Below the pieces are notes generated by a model, which saw only the letters and a list, made by a program, of their open reading frames with translations, made no database searches and was not told the DNA's origin. Position numbers and translations under genes: made by a program. Shown in pieces: positions 27,952-36,824 of a stretch of 64,000 nucleotides of DNA; within the stretch, counting starts at the first letter, position 1; every line of letters begins with the position of its first letter. Origin of the DNA: Candidatus Versatilivoraceae bacterium (GTDB lineage: Bacteria; Acidobacteriota; Terriglobia; Versatilivoradales; Versatilivoraceae); NCBI GenBank assembly GCA_965197895.1, contig OZ240232.1:714318-778317 (forward strand), read 5' to 3'.

Positions 27952-29796
27952 ATGGGGGCTATGCGACGCTGCACTTGGCTGTGGGTCCTGACTTGGCTTT
28001 CGCTAGGACTTTCCTCCTCCCTGGCCCAGTCCCAGCCGCAGACCCCGACCTTCTCACTCACTGAGATCTCCGATCAGTTTCCTTCCAAGGGATTTGAACC
28101 CCGGATCGCTTTCTGGCGGGCTATCTTCACCCAGTACGGAGGCAGTGACGTCATCCTCCATGACAAGGATGACTTGCGACTGATTTATGAGGTCGTTCAG
28201 TTCAAACAGGGCATTGGTCGAGGCAAAACAACAGCCCGACGTCAAAGGAGAACACTGAGGGCTCGAATGAACCGGTTGGCTGTTGCCATGACTCGTCTGC
28301 AGACTCGCGGCTCTCAGTCGAAGAATCTAACCCCAGTGCAGCAGAATATCCTTAAGGTGCTCCGATCGGCCGGCCTTCAGCCGTCACCCTCCCTTTTCAG
28401 AAAGCTTCGCCGCAACATCCACGCCCAAAGGGGCGTGAAAGAGCGGTTCAGGAAAGGGATCGTTCGCTCCGGTCTTTACCTGGAGACTATGGAGGCCATT
28501 TTTGAGCGTCACGGACTTCCCAAGGAACTGGTGCGGCTGCCCCATGTGGAATCGTCATTCAATTATGCTTCGCGCTCCAGAAAGGGCGCCGCCGGAATTT
28601 GGCAATTCATGCCGAGGACAGGGAGAGCCTACAAGCTCAGGATCAGTCGTTCCATCGACCAGCGCCGGGATCCCATCGCCGCGACCGAAGCAGCAGCTCG
28701 CTACCTGAAAGACAGCTACCGGGATCTGGGGAGTTGGCCCCTGGCGGTCACCTCTTACAACCATGGCCAATATGGAATAGCTCGAGCCAAGCGGCGCCAC
28801 GGCCCCAATCTGCTCGACATCATAGCCAAATACAAATCCAGATCCTTTCGCTATGCCAGCAAGAACTTTTACGTCGAGTTTATGGCCGCCGTCGAGGTCT
28901 CCAAGAACTACCGGACCTACTTCGGGCCGCTGACTCTGTTAGAACCCCTCAAATACCAGGAGGTCTTGCTGACGAAGTCGGTTCGTCTCAGCAGCTTGAC
29001 CCGGATTGAGGGTCTTTCCCGAAACGTATTGCGAGAATACAACCCGCAATTCAGTGGCTACGTGTGGAGACGTTCGGGGGTGTTGCCGGGTGGGTTCAAG
29101 ATTCGCTTCCCTACCGACAAAGCGGAAGAGGCCCGATTGGCGTTGGCAAAGGCGCCGCCTGTCAGCCGGCGCGCGGCTTCAGCCAAACTGCCCCCTGACG
29201 GCTATCGAGTCCGGTGGGGTGATTCCCTGACGGTCATTGCCAGGAGATTTGGGACTTCGGTGAAAGCCATTCAGCGGCTGAATGACCTCCCAGGCACGCG
29301 GATCTACTCGGGCCAGGTCCTGAGGATACCCGGCTTGGGCCGAGCTTCGGCCAGTCAAGACGGTTCTACCCGAAAGCAGTCTGCCGGGGGCGCTTCCGCG
29401 AATTTCACGGCCTCGGCACCCAGCCACTATCGGGTCCGGCGGGGCGATTCACTGGGCCTTATCGCCGGCAGATTTGGCACGTCAGTGAGCGCTCTGCGCC
29501 GAATGAATGGTCTCAAGGGAACTCGGATTTACCCGGGCCAGGTATTGAAGTTGCCCGGGTCGCCTCAGGTTGCGGAGGGCCGCCCGAATTCAACCCGAAA
29601 GGGCTCGGCCAAAAGCAAGCAGCCGGCTCCTCCGAAGTCAGCTCGATCTCAGCCAAGGGTTTATCGGGTCCGGCGGGGAGATTCGCTGATTACGATCGCA
29701 CGACGGTTCGGGGCCTCGGTGAGTGAGATCCGGCGGGCTAACGGCTTGAAGGGGTCTCGCATTCTTGTGGGTCAGGTGCTCAAGATACCGCTGTAG
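27952..29796 (+). CDS. mltD: membrane-bound lytic murein transglycosylase D-like (SLT domain + 3 LysM), ends at in-frame TAG
   Basis: Signal MGAMRRCTWLWVLTWLSLGLSSSLAQS. SLT catalytic motif HVESSFNYASRSRKGAAGIWQFMPRTG. Three LysM repeats (YRVRWGDSLTVIARRFG, YRVRRGDSLGLIAGRFG, YRVRRGDSLITIARRFG). Confidence 0.8.
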   Translation: MGAMRRCTWLWVLTWLSLGLSSSLAQSQPQTPTFSLTEISDQFPSKGFEPRIAFWRAIFTQYGGSDVILHDKDDLRLIYEVVQFKQGIGRGKTTARRQRRTLRARMNRLAVAMTRLQTRGSQSKNLTPVQQNILKVLRSAGLQPSPSLFRKLRRNIHAQRGVKERFRKGIVRSGLYLETMEAIFERHGLPKELVRLPHVESSFNYASRSRKGAAGIWQFMPRTGRAYKLRISRSIDQRRDPIAATEAAARYLKDSYRDLGSWPLAVTSYNHGQYGIARAKRRHGPNLLDIIAKYKSRSFRYASKNFYVEFMAAVEVSKNYRTYFGPLTLLEPLKYQEVLLTKSVRLSSLTRIEGLSRNVLREYNPQFSGYVWRRSGVLPGGFKIRFPTDKAEEARLALAKAPPVSRRAASAKLPPDGYRVRWGDSLTVIARRFGTSVKAIQRLNDLPGTRIYSGQVLRIPGLGRASASQDGSTRKQSAGGASANFTASAPSHYRVRRGDSLGLIAGRFGTSVSALRRMNGLKGTRIYPGQVLKLPGSPQVAEGRPNSTRKGSAKSKQPAPPKSARSQPRVYRVRRGDSLITIARRFGASVSEIRRANGLKGSRILVGQVLKIPL

Positions 29797-30054
29797 GGAC
29801 GGGCACCGGAAGGGAGCCAACCGGTTCGGACGGCATCAACCTCGGCCACCCCCAAAGCGGCGCCGTCAGCCTCCGCCAACGGCCACTATCGACTGCAGCG
29901 CGGCGACTCCCTGGTCACCATCGCTCAAAAGTTCGAAGTCTCGGTCCATCAACTCAAAAAGGCCAACGCCATCAGGAGCCACCGGATTTATCCGGGTCAA
30001 GCCCTGATCGTGCCCGCCGAAAATGCCGGCGTTAATGGTGGGGACCAGCCTTAG
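29797..30054 (+). pseudogene. orphaned 4th LysM domain, in the same frame as mltD directly after TAG 29794-29796
   Basis: Frame-1 translation after the TAG: GRAPEGSQPVRTASTSATPKAAPSASANGHYRLQRGDSLVTIAQKFEVSVHQLKKANAIRSHRIYPGQALIVPAENAGVNGGDQP*. Linker plus LysM consensus identical in style to LysM1-3. Confidence 0.6.
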
Positions 30055-30057
30055 CCC

Positions 30058-31035
30058 ATGAAATCGAACCCCATCAGCCAGTTTGTCGAACGCCACTTCC
30101 GCCACTTCAATGCGGCGGCGTTAACCGATGCGGCAACCGGGTATCGGGAGATCATTGCATCGGGTGGACGCATGTTGCTGAGCCTGGCCGGTGCCCTGAG
30201 TACCGCCGAGATCGGGCTCAGCCTGGCGGAGATGATTCGAAAGGAAAAGGTCCACGCCATCAGCTGCACCGGAGCCAATCTGGAAGAGGATATTTTCAAC
30301 TTGCTGGCCCACGACGAGTATCTCCGCCTTCCCAACTATCGAGACCTGACCCCGGAAGCCGAGCAGGATCTCTTTAAACGCTCATTCAATCGCGTGACCG
30401 ACACCTGCATTCCGGAGAAGGCTGCCATGCTGAAGGTCGAACATGCGATCCGGGATATCTGGGAGCAGGCCGATGCCGAGGGGCAGAGATTCTTTCCCCA
30501 CGAATTTCTCTACCAGTTGCTGCGCAGCGACCGCCTGACCGGTTCCTACCAGATTGATCCCAAGGACAGCTGGCTGGTGGCGGCCTGCGAGAAGAACCTG
30601 CCCTTGTTCGTGCCGGGCTGGGAGGACTCGACCCTGGGAAACGTCTTTGCCTCCTACTGTATTAAGGGCTCCATCAAGAACCCCCATACGGTGCGCGGCG
30701 GCATTGAATACATGATGTTGCTGGCGGATTGGTATCAAGAGACGTCGCAGCAGGGCCCCATTGGCTTTTTTCAGATCGGAGGGGGTATCGCCGGCGACTT
30801 CGCCATCTGCGTGGTTCCCATGCTGAAGCTGGATCTGAAGCTGGAGAAAACGCCGCTTTGGAGTTATTTCTGCCAGATCAGCGATTCGGTCACCAGCTTC
30901 GGCTCCTATTCGGGGGCGGTGCCCAACGAGAAGATCACTTGGGGAAAGCTGGGAGTGGACACCCCCCGGTTCGTGATCGAATCCGATGCCACCATCGTGA
31001 CGCCGCTGATTTTTGCCTACGTTCTCGAAGAATGA
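30058..31035 (+). CDS. deoxyhypusine synthase-like / homospermidine synthase-like protein
   Basis: 325 aa; DHS-like NAD-binding fold motifs (IISCTGANLEEDIFNL, FQIGGGIAGDF). Family call from pattern memory; not verified. Confidence 0.5.
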   Translation: MKSNPISQFVERHFRHFNAAALTDAATGYREIIASGGRMLLSLAGALSTAEIGLSLAEMIRKEKVHAISCTGANLEEDIFNLLAHDEYLRLPNYRDLTPEAEQDLFKRSFNRVTDTCIPEKAAMLKVEHAIRDIWEQADAEGQRFFPHEFLYQLLRSDRLTGSYQIDPKDSWLVAACEKNLPLFVPGWEDSTLGNVFASYCIKGSIKNPHTVRGGIEYMMLLADWYQETSQQGPIGFFQIGGGIAGDFAICVVPMLKLDLKLEKTPLWSYFCQISDSVTSFGSYSGAVPNEKITWGKLGVDTPRFVIESDATIVTPLIFAYVLEE

Positions 31036-31043
31036 ACCCCGGC

Positions 31044-31075
31044 CGGTCACGGCCGTATCGCCCGGCTCTGTTTCT
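31044..31075 (+). terminator. possible intrinsic terminator after DHS-like gene
   Basis: cggccgGTCAcggccg hairpin (6-bp stem) followed by a T-rich tract (tctgtttctat). Weak. Confidence 0.25.
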
Positions 31076-31297
31076 ATCCCTGCTCAGGTTCGGGCCTCAA
31101 CAGAGCAGCTTTCTCCGCGAGGGGAAGCACCCACCCCGGCACTGGCTGCGCTCGCTCCAGCCCTCCGCCGGAGGGGACTACCCCGCTCACCACTGGCCAC
31201 TCAGTTTCAGGTCCGGGAATCTACATCAATCTTTTTCCTCCAACATTTTTCCTGTGATCCGGGAACCGTTATTGTCCGATAGCGTCAGCAACGGGTG

Positions 31298-32791
31298 TTA
31301 GCGCGAGTTCAACGGCGGCCGTCCCCAGAGGGTGAGCTCCGTCCTCACCAAGGGGCCGCTCAGGAAGAAGCTGGCCATGTAACCCAAGAGGAAGCTGACT
31401 CCAAACGAGATGGGGAAATAATGAATAAAATGGACGTCGGTCCAATTTTGCAGCCAAAGCGAGATGCTTAATGAAGGCAGCGTCCCCACAATCCAGCCCC
31501 GAAAATGGGCTCGCCTGGTCAACATTCCCAGTAGGAAGAGCGACAATACGGGACCACCAAAGAGACTCAGAAAGGCCGAGGCCGCTTTGAGGATCTCACC
31601 GATCCGGACCGTATAACAGGCGGCGCCAATGGCGAAGAGGCCCAAGACCAGGGTCAGCGTCCGCGCCAGCTTGACATCCGACTGGCTCGAGACCGGCTTG
31701 CGCCGAAAGGGCTTAACGAAATCGTTCATAATAACCGACGAGAGAGAGTTGATCCCCGAATCCAGGCTCGACATGGCCGCCGCCAGGATGGCCGTGATCA
31801 GCAATCCGGACACGCCGTCGGGAAGGGCGTGGATCACGTAGTAGGCAAGGACCTGGTCTCCCGTCACCCCCGAAGCCAGCCGGTCCGGGAAGGCCTGAAA
31901 GTAGGCGAACAGGCCCAATCCCACAAACAGAAGCAGGTTGATCAGGAAGAGATCGATCAGGGAATTCAGGATGGCCGCCTTGGCCATGCCGCGCGCATCC
32001 CGAACCGACAAGAGTCGCTGGACCGAGACCTGATCGGTGCCGTAGTCCTGCATTAACTGAAACAGGTAAGAGAGCGCCGCCCCCAGTGCGGTCATCTCAA
32101 ACCAGTCCAGCCTCCATTGCCAAACGTCCAGGCGTTGGGTTTCGCCGGCTAAGGCCATGATTTGGGCGGCGCCTCCCGGAACGCCTTCGATCAAAGCAAT
32201 GGCCATCCATACCGCGCCACCCGCCAGCAGGGTAAACTGGAGAACGTCCGTCCAGATCACCGCCGACAAGCCTCCCAAGGTGGCATAAGCCGTCGCGATA
32301 ATCCCCATCAATAGAATTGCTGGATAGAGGCCGATGCCGGTCATGACCGAGAGGGCCAAGGAAGGGGAATAGATGACTACGCCCAACCACCCCATTCGAG
32401 CCAGGCAGAACAATCCCGCCACGCACAGCCGTGCCGCTCTTCCGTACCGTTGATCGATGTATTCGTAGGCTGTGGTGACCCGTAACTGGCGGTAGAAGGG
32501 ATAGAATATGAGGATCAGCAGGGGCGCCACCACCGGGCTCACCAGGCCGATCACCATCATCGAGATGTTCTCTCGAAAGGCGATGCCGGGGACTCCCAGA
32601 AAGGAAGAAGCACTGGTGAGCGAGGCGAACATGCTGACCCCGACCGCGAGCCAGGGCATGCGGCGGCCCCCCAGGAAAAAATCCTCGGTGCTCCGTTGCT
32701 TTCCTGCCAGCCTCAGACCGATCCAGACCAGGACTGACAGGTAAATCACCAGAACAAACAGGTTCAGGCGACTGAATCCAACTGGGTCCAT
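31298..32791 (-). CDS. sodium:solute symporter (SSS) family transporter
   Basis: 497 aa, ~13 TM helices. SSS N-terminal region (FFLGGRRMPWLAVGVSMFASLTSASSFLGVPG) and signature around AYEYIDQRYG. Confidence 0.8.
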   Translation of the reverse strand: MDPVGFSRLNLFVLVIYLSVLVWIGLRLAGKQRSTEDFFLGGRRMPWLAVGVSMFASLTSASSFLGVPGIAFRENISMMVIGLVSPVVAPLLILIFYPFYRQLRVTTAYEYIDQRYGRAARLCVAGLFCLARMGWLGVVIYSPSLALSVMTGIGLYPAILLMGIIATAYATLGGLSAVIWTDVLQFTLLAGGAVWMAIALIEGVPGGAAQIMALAGETQRLDVWQWRLDWFEMTALGAALSYLFQLMQDYGTDQVSVQRLLSVRDARGMAKAAILNSLIDLFLINLLLFVGLGLFAYFQAFPDRLASGVTGDQVLAYYVIHALPDGVSGLLITAILAAAMSSLDSGINSLSSVIMNDFVKPFRRKPVSSQSDVKLARTLTLVLGLFAIGAACYTVRIGEILKAASAFLSLFGGPVLSLFLLGMLTRRAHFRGWIVGTLPSLSISLWLQNWTDVHFIHYFPISFGVSFLLGYMASFFLSGPLVRTELTLWGRPPLNSR

Positions 32792-33651
32792 TTCCTGTCT
32801 CTGACGGCTTTATTTGAGATCTGGAGAGGCGGAGGAAGAGCCAGGGAACCGGCTGGCCATGAGGGGCTGAGACTTGCCGGCATCCGCTCCTCCAATATGA
32901 TGGCTGGCGCGGTTGCTAGCATACCATGCCTGAGCCTGGGAAGCGGTGGAGCCGCGCGGTTAAGGGAATCCGATTCCGGGCGATTGCGGCCCGACCTTGG
33001 TAAGATGTTCCGGGTCGTCGCTATGGTGCAGCCCTCATTGGGGCGCTGACCTTCATGACCTCCCGCAATCCCTGGACCTGGAGCGGGGTTACCGAGGTTT
33101 ACGCCCTCAACCTGGTGTTGCTGACCTGGCCGGTTGCGGTCTGCCGGCCGCGTTGCTCCTGGGACTGGGAATCCTGATCTCCTTGGGCAAGCGGCAACCG
33201 TGGCCGAATCGCGCCTTGGTTATCTGTGGTCCAGGCTGAAACTGGGGGCGGATGGGTGTTCGGTGCTGCCCCGAGTGGGTCGATTCGACCCTTATCGCAA
33301 AGTTTGGATGAACTACCAGAGGGCCGTCGAAGCCCATTGGTTCGCGGTCATGCAAGTGATTGAATCTGCCGGCGCTTGCCAGCCCTGTGGGGTTTCTGGA
33401 TTCCTGCATTTGCAGGTTCGTTTAAATGCGTTTAAAAATCGTCCTACTACTTCAGGTCGGGAGAAACAATCAGACAAACATGGTTGGTGACACAGGTGCG
33501 AACAAATCGATTGGCCAACTTGAAGTGATATTCGATTCAACGTTCTGATACCACCGGGCCCGACGACGGCGGCAGCTTGGATGAGTCGTTGGGTTTGTTC
33601 TTCATCAAAGGGATTGGGGCCGCAACCATCAGTGAATAGCCGGTCGGGTTT

Positions 33652-34194
33652 TTATTCCAGGGTGGTGGCACGGACATTCTTGTCCGTGCTCCTGTTTGGG
33701 TCCCAGTCAGGAATGCTTGGGCTACTGCCACATTTGGGGATGGCTGCGTGATAAATCCAGTAGTGGCTGGGGTGAAGGTTGGCTTTAGACGGGTTCTCGG
33801 CGATATAGCGTTGAAAGCGCAAGTATTGGGATTCGTTGCGAACGATGTGATCGAAGGATTCCTCCAGCCGGAAGGTCCCGGAAGACCCCAGGATTTTGTT
33901 GGTTGCGCGGGCACTTGCTCCTTTGATGCCCTTCAGGAGGTCGGAGAGCCGACGGGTGCCCAGGGGTTCAATGAGCAGGTGAACATGGGGCGGCATGACC
34001 ACGGCGCCGTGAAGGCGATGCCGGTCGCTGTCGAAGCGCAGCAGGGCTTCGACGACTCTCTGGCGAATTTCTGGACGCGCTAGGGCACGCGAGCCGCTTC
34101 CGGCATCGAGCCATTGTTCCAGTCGGTCACCGAACCGCTTGTTGTAAATCTTCCATTGTGCTTGGGACCAGGGTTTGGGATTGCGCGTCTGCCT
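33652..34194 (-). pseudogene. REP-associated tyrosine transposase (RAYT / IS200-like TnpA_REP), N-terminally truncated remnant
   Basis: Minus-strand translation: ...RLHGAVVMPPHVHLLIEPLGTRRLSDLLKGIKGASARATNKILG...FDHIVRNESQYLRFQRYIAENPSKANL (HUH motif HVHLL; catalytic Y in YIAENP). Reading upstream hits a TAG at 34195-34197 with no Met and no N-terminal beta-strand motif. Confidence 0.6.
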
Positions 34195-34262
34195 CTATGG
34201 GTGTGTTTTCCTCCACTGTGAATTTGTAATGGTTGAGGAGAGGGAATAAGCCGCGCGATTGT

Positions 34263-34385
34263 TCAAGAAACCGTCGAAGTCGACGAAACCGGCCCTGTAT
34301 AGCTGTCTTTGGGAACCCAGCTATTCCGTACTTGATCGGCACGGAAAACATCATCCCAATCAAAACTGAAAAATACTTTCCTCAT
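34263..34385 (-). pseudogene. TIR-like (DUF1863/MTH538-type) domain gene remnant; only ~26 N-terminal residues in frame
   Basis: MRKVFFSFDWDDVFRADQVRNSWVPKD matches the family N-terminus (KRVFFSFHYxDVxRxNxVRNxW), then stops after 40 aa. A +1 frame continues ...YRAGFVDFDGFLNN (compare reAAGFFDASIWEE), suggesting a frameshift and downstream truncation by the RAYT. Confidence 0.5.
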
Positions 34386-34846
34386 AATGCCTTCATTCCG
34401 ATTATTACGAACACAATAAGGGCGAAGGTAACCTCGACCGAGTAGAAAATCATAAGAGTGACGGAAAAAATGGCGGCCAGCCAACTGCATTTGGGCTTAT
34501 GCCGGTGCTTCATAAGATCCATCTTGAAATCGGTATCGGATTGAATCCTGACATCATCATAAACTTGTCGAAACAACCGTTCCTGCCAAAGGAAGTATCC
34601 GTCCAGAATCCAGAATCCCAGGATGGGAAGAACAAGCGCCGGGATGATGTAGGGGCTTTGTAGATCATGTCTGGCGATTAAAACCATCGCGGCCACAATG
34701 AGGGTCATGCTCCAACTCTTGAGCAGGAAGGCGTTGTTTCCCAAACGGTTGATAATGGCTTGGGTCAGCTCCAAATGCTTGATGACTTTGTCTGCGCCGG
34801 TCATAAAATTGTTCTCCCAAGCGAGGTAGATTTCATATTGCACCAC
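34382..34846 (-). CDS. small multi-pass membrane protein (SLATT-like?), translationally coupled (ATGA) to the TIR-like remnant
   Basis: 154 aa, 3 predicted TM helices (MTLIVAAMVLIA, IIPALVLPILGFWILDGYFLW, LAAIFSVTLMIFYSVEVTFALIVFVIIG). Stop TGA overlaps ATG of the downstream TIR-like ORF. Region is visibly A+T-rich. Confidence 0.55.
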   Translation of the reverse strand: MVQYEIYLAWENNFMTGADKVIKHLELTQAIINRLGNNAFLLKSWSMTLIVAAMVLIARHDLQSPYIIPALVLPILGFWILDGYFLWQERLFRQVYDDVRIQSDTDFKMDLMKHRHKPKCSWLAAIFSVTLMIFYSVEVTFALIVFVIIGMKAL

Positions 34847-34952
34847 AACTTGTAATTTGGCTACCTGCCTTCAGCAATAAGGTGTAATCGCAAAATCAGT
34901 TCCCCTCCCAGGATGTCCGTTTGCCCTCTTGCTTACGAACTGTCCATTCCAA

Positions 34953-34993
34953 CCCCGGGGCGTGGGATTGGTTAAGCCTAGGCCCCGGGGCGT
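34953..34993. repeat. pair of CCCCGGGGCGT palindromic units (REP-like) 30 bp apart
   Basis: aaCCCCGGGGCGTgggattggttaagcctaggCCCCGGGGCGTccc, next to the RAYT remnant; a related aaccccggggtcagg occurs at ~56533. Confidence 0.35.
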
Positions 34994-35159
34994 CCCTGGG
35001 AGTCTGCGCCGTGGAACACTGCCGGGGCCTTCCGGTGGACTATGATCCCTATTATTGGCGAGAAATCCGCTGGGACAAGAACGTTCCACCCTATTCTCAG
35101 CAAAGTTTCGACCTTATTATGGAAGACTGTCCCTGAAAAATTTTCTGCGGCGCTGACTC

Positions 35160-36434
35160 TTAGGAGGCACCTGGTTTTTGGTCAGAGCGATCCAGGAAGT
35201 GCCAGACAAACCCGAGCAGAGAGAGTGTGGCGATGGTGATTGGAATGACCCAGACCCCCTGCTCGAGGGTTCCGCTGTGCTCTCCCACAAAGCCGATGAA
35301 GTAGGGCCCCATGGCGGCGCCCAAGTGTCCCAGCGCTTGGGTGAAGCCGAAGGCTTTGGCGGCTGTCCGGCGGAAGCGCAGGGCTGTAAAGGACTGCAAC
35401 GATATGGCGTCTCCACTCATTCCCATACCGGCGATGAAGATCAGGATCAGGCCGAGCTGGTAGCTCCCGCTGAGAATGGTCAGGACGTAGAAGATGGCTC
35501 CCACACCGGCGCTGCAGCCCAGTAGAATTCGCTCGGGGATCCGTCCTCCAAAATAGGTCCAGATCGTCCGTCCCACAATGAAGCCCGTGATGTTGGCAGC
35601 GATAATCGATCCAACTTGGGTCTCGGAGAGAGCCAATCGATCTGCATAAAGCCGACCGAGCCAGACCACCGCGCCCATCTGTCCGATTCCGTGCAGGGTA
35701 AAGGCCAGGCCGATGAGCCACAAGGGCAATGAGCGACAGAACTGCACCATTGCCTGAAACGACTCCAGCCACCGCCCACGCGATTCATCGCGACTTGGCG
35801 CCAGCGTGGAGGTCCCCGCCGGTATCGCGGGCACCGTCGGCAGGGTCAAAAGATATAGACTCATCAAGGCAATGTAGGGAATCCACCAGGGCCAACCCCC
35901 CTGCATCCAGGCACGGTCCAAATAGGCGCCCAGTCCTATCGGAGCCAGAGTGCCGCCAACGGCCATGGTCAAGGCCAAGGCCGCGAAGACTCGTTGGCGG
36001 GCCTCCAGAAAATGGTGGGCCGTCAGGGTTCCATAGACGACGATGAGCCAGGAGGTCCCCACCCCCATCAGGATGGCGCCTACTTGGGCCATGAGCCAGT
36101 TTTGGGCGGCGCCCAACAGTAGACAGCCCAGTCCTCCTAAAGCCAGGCCCCGCTTCACGGATTGGGCCGGGCCTCTACGAGCGGTGACCAACCCGGCTAC
36201 TATATTCCCGGCAAGAGCACCAATGAAGTAGAGCATCTCGACTCTGCCCTGCATTTCAAAGCCGGCCTGAAAGTATTTCTGGAAAACCTTGAAGGTGACC
36301 GGCAAGAGGTTGATGGTCATGCCCACCAGCAGGCTCAAGCCGATCGAAAACCAGAACAGTCTGTTCCGGATGGGGAGTTGTGGCTTTTGGCGGTGAGATG
36401 CAGGAGAGGCCGTGTCCGGCGAGTGCTCGTCCAT
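35160..36434 (-). CDS. MFS transporter
   Basis: 424 aa, 12 TM helices, MFS motif region (GLVTARRGP). Divergently oriented to the aminotransferase cluster. Confidence 0.8.
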   Translation of the reverse strand: MDEHSPDTASPASHRQKPQLPIRNRLFWFSIGLSLLVGMTINLLPVTFKVFQKYFQAGFEMQGRVEMLYFIGALAGNIVAGLVTARRGPAQSVKRGLALGGLGCLLLGAAQNWLMAQVGAILMGVGTSWLIVVYGTLTAHHFLEARQRVFAALALTMAVGGTLAPIGLGAYLDRAWMQGGWPWWIPYIALMSLYLLTLPTVPAIPAGTSTLAPSRDESRGRWLESFQAMVQFCRSLPLWLIGLAFTLHGIGQMGAVVWLGRLYADRLALSETQVGSIIAANITGFIVGRTIWTYFGGRIPERILLGCSAGVGAIFYVLTILSGSYQLGLILIFIAGMGMSGDAISLQSFTALRFRRTAAKAFGFTQALGHLGAAMGPYFIGFVGEHSGTLEQGVWVIPITIATLSLLGFVWHFLDRSDQKPGAS

Positions 36435-36747
36435 GGTCTGTGCTGTTTCCGAGCCCCTGCGGAGGCGGGAAATGGATTGAAACGGGATTCATGGCGCTGG
36501 ATTATTGTCTTTAAAACAACAACCCGACCCTCCGCTCCCCTCAAGGAAGGTTACGAGGTTCTTTGCACCCTGTTTCCTAAGATGCCCGGACCAGAGAAAA
36601 GTCCGGAACTGTCGAACAGGTGCCGAGCTGCTGAAAAGAGCGCAGCCTAGCAAAGAGAACCTGAGGTCGTCAACCGGTCAACTGGACTTCTACCGGCACC
36701 GGGCCGGCGCTGAGTGTGCTCGCGCGTCGATCCCGGGTGGGTTCGGT

Positions 36748-36779
36748 TTGACAGGGTAAGGGGCTTTCCTTAGGATAAT
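36748..36779 (+). promoter_or_regulatory. candidate promoter for aminotransferase operon
   Basis: TTGACA (36748-36753) - 17 nt - TAGGATAAT; ~45 nt upstream of ATG 36825. Confidence 0.3.
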
Positions 36780-36824
36780 TCGGACTTACGGATTAACTCC
36801 ATGCAGCGAAGCGAGGAACAGACC

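Noticed and set aside
32792-33650. tRNA / small RNA gene in the ~860-bp gap between the symporter and the RAYT
   Set aside because: No cloverleaf anchors (no GTTCGANTCC T-loop, no CCA-adjacent acceptor pairing) could be found by eye; cannot support an RNA call without covariance-model searches.
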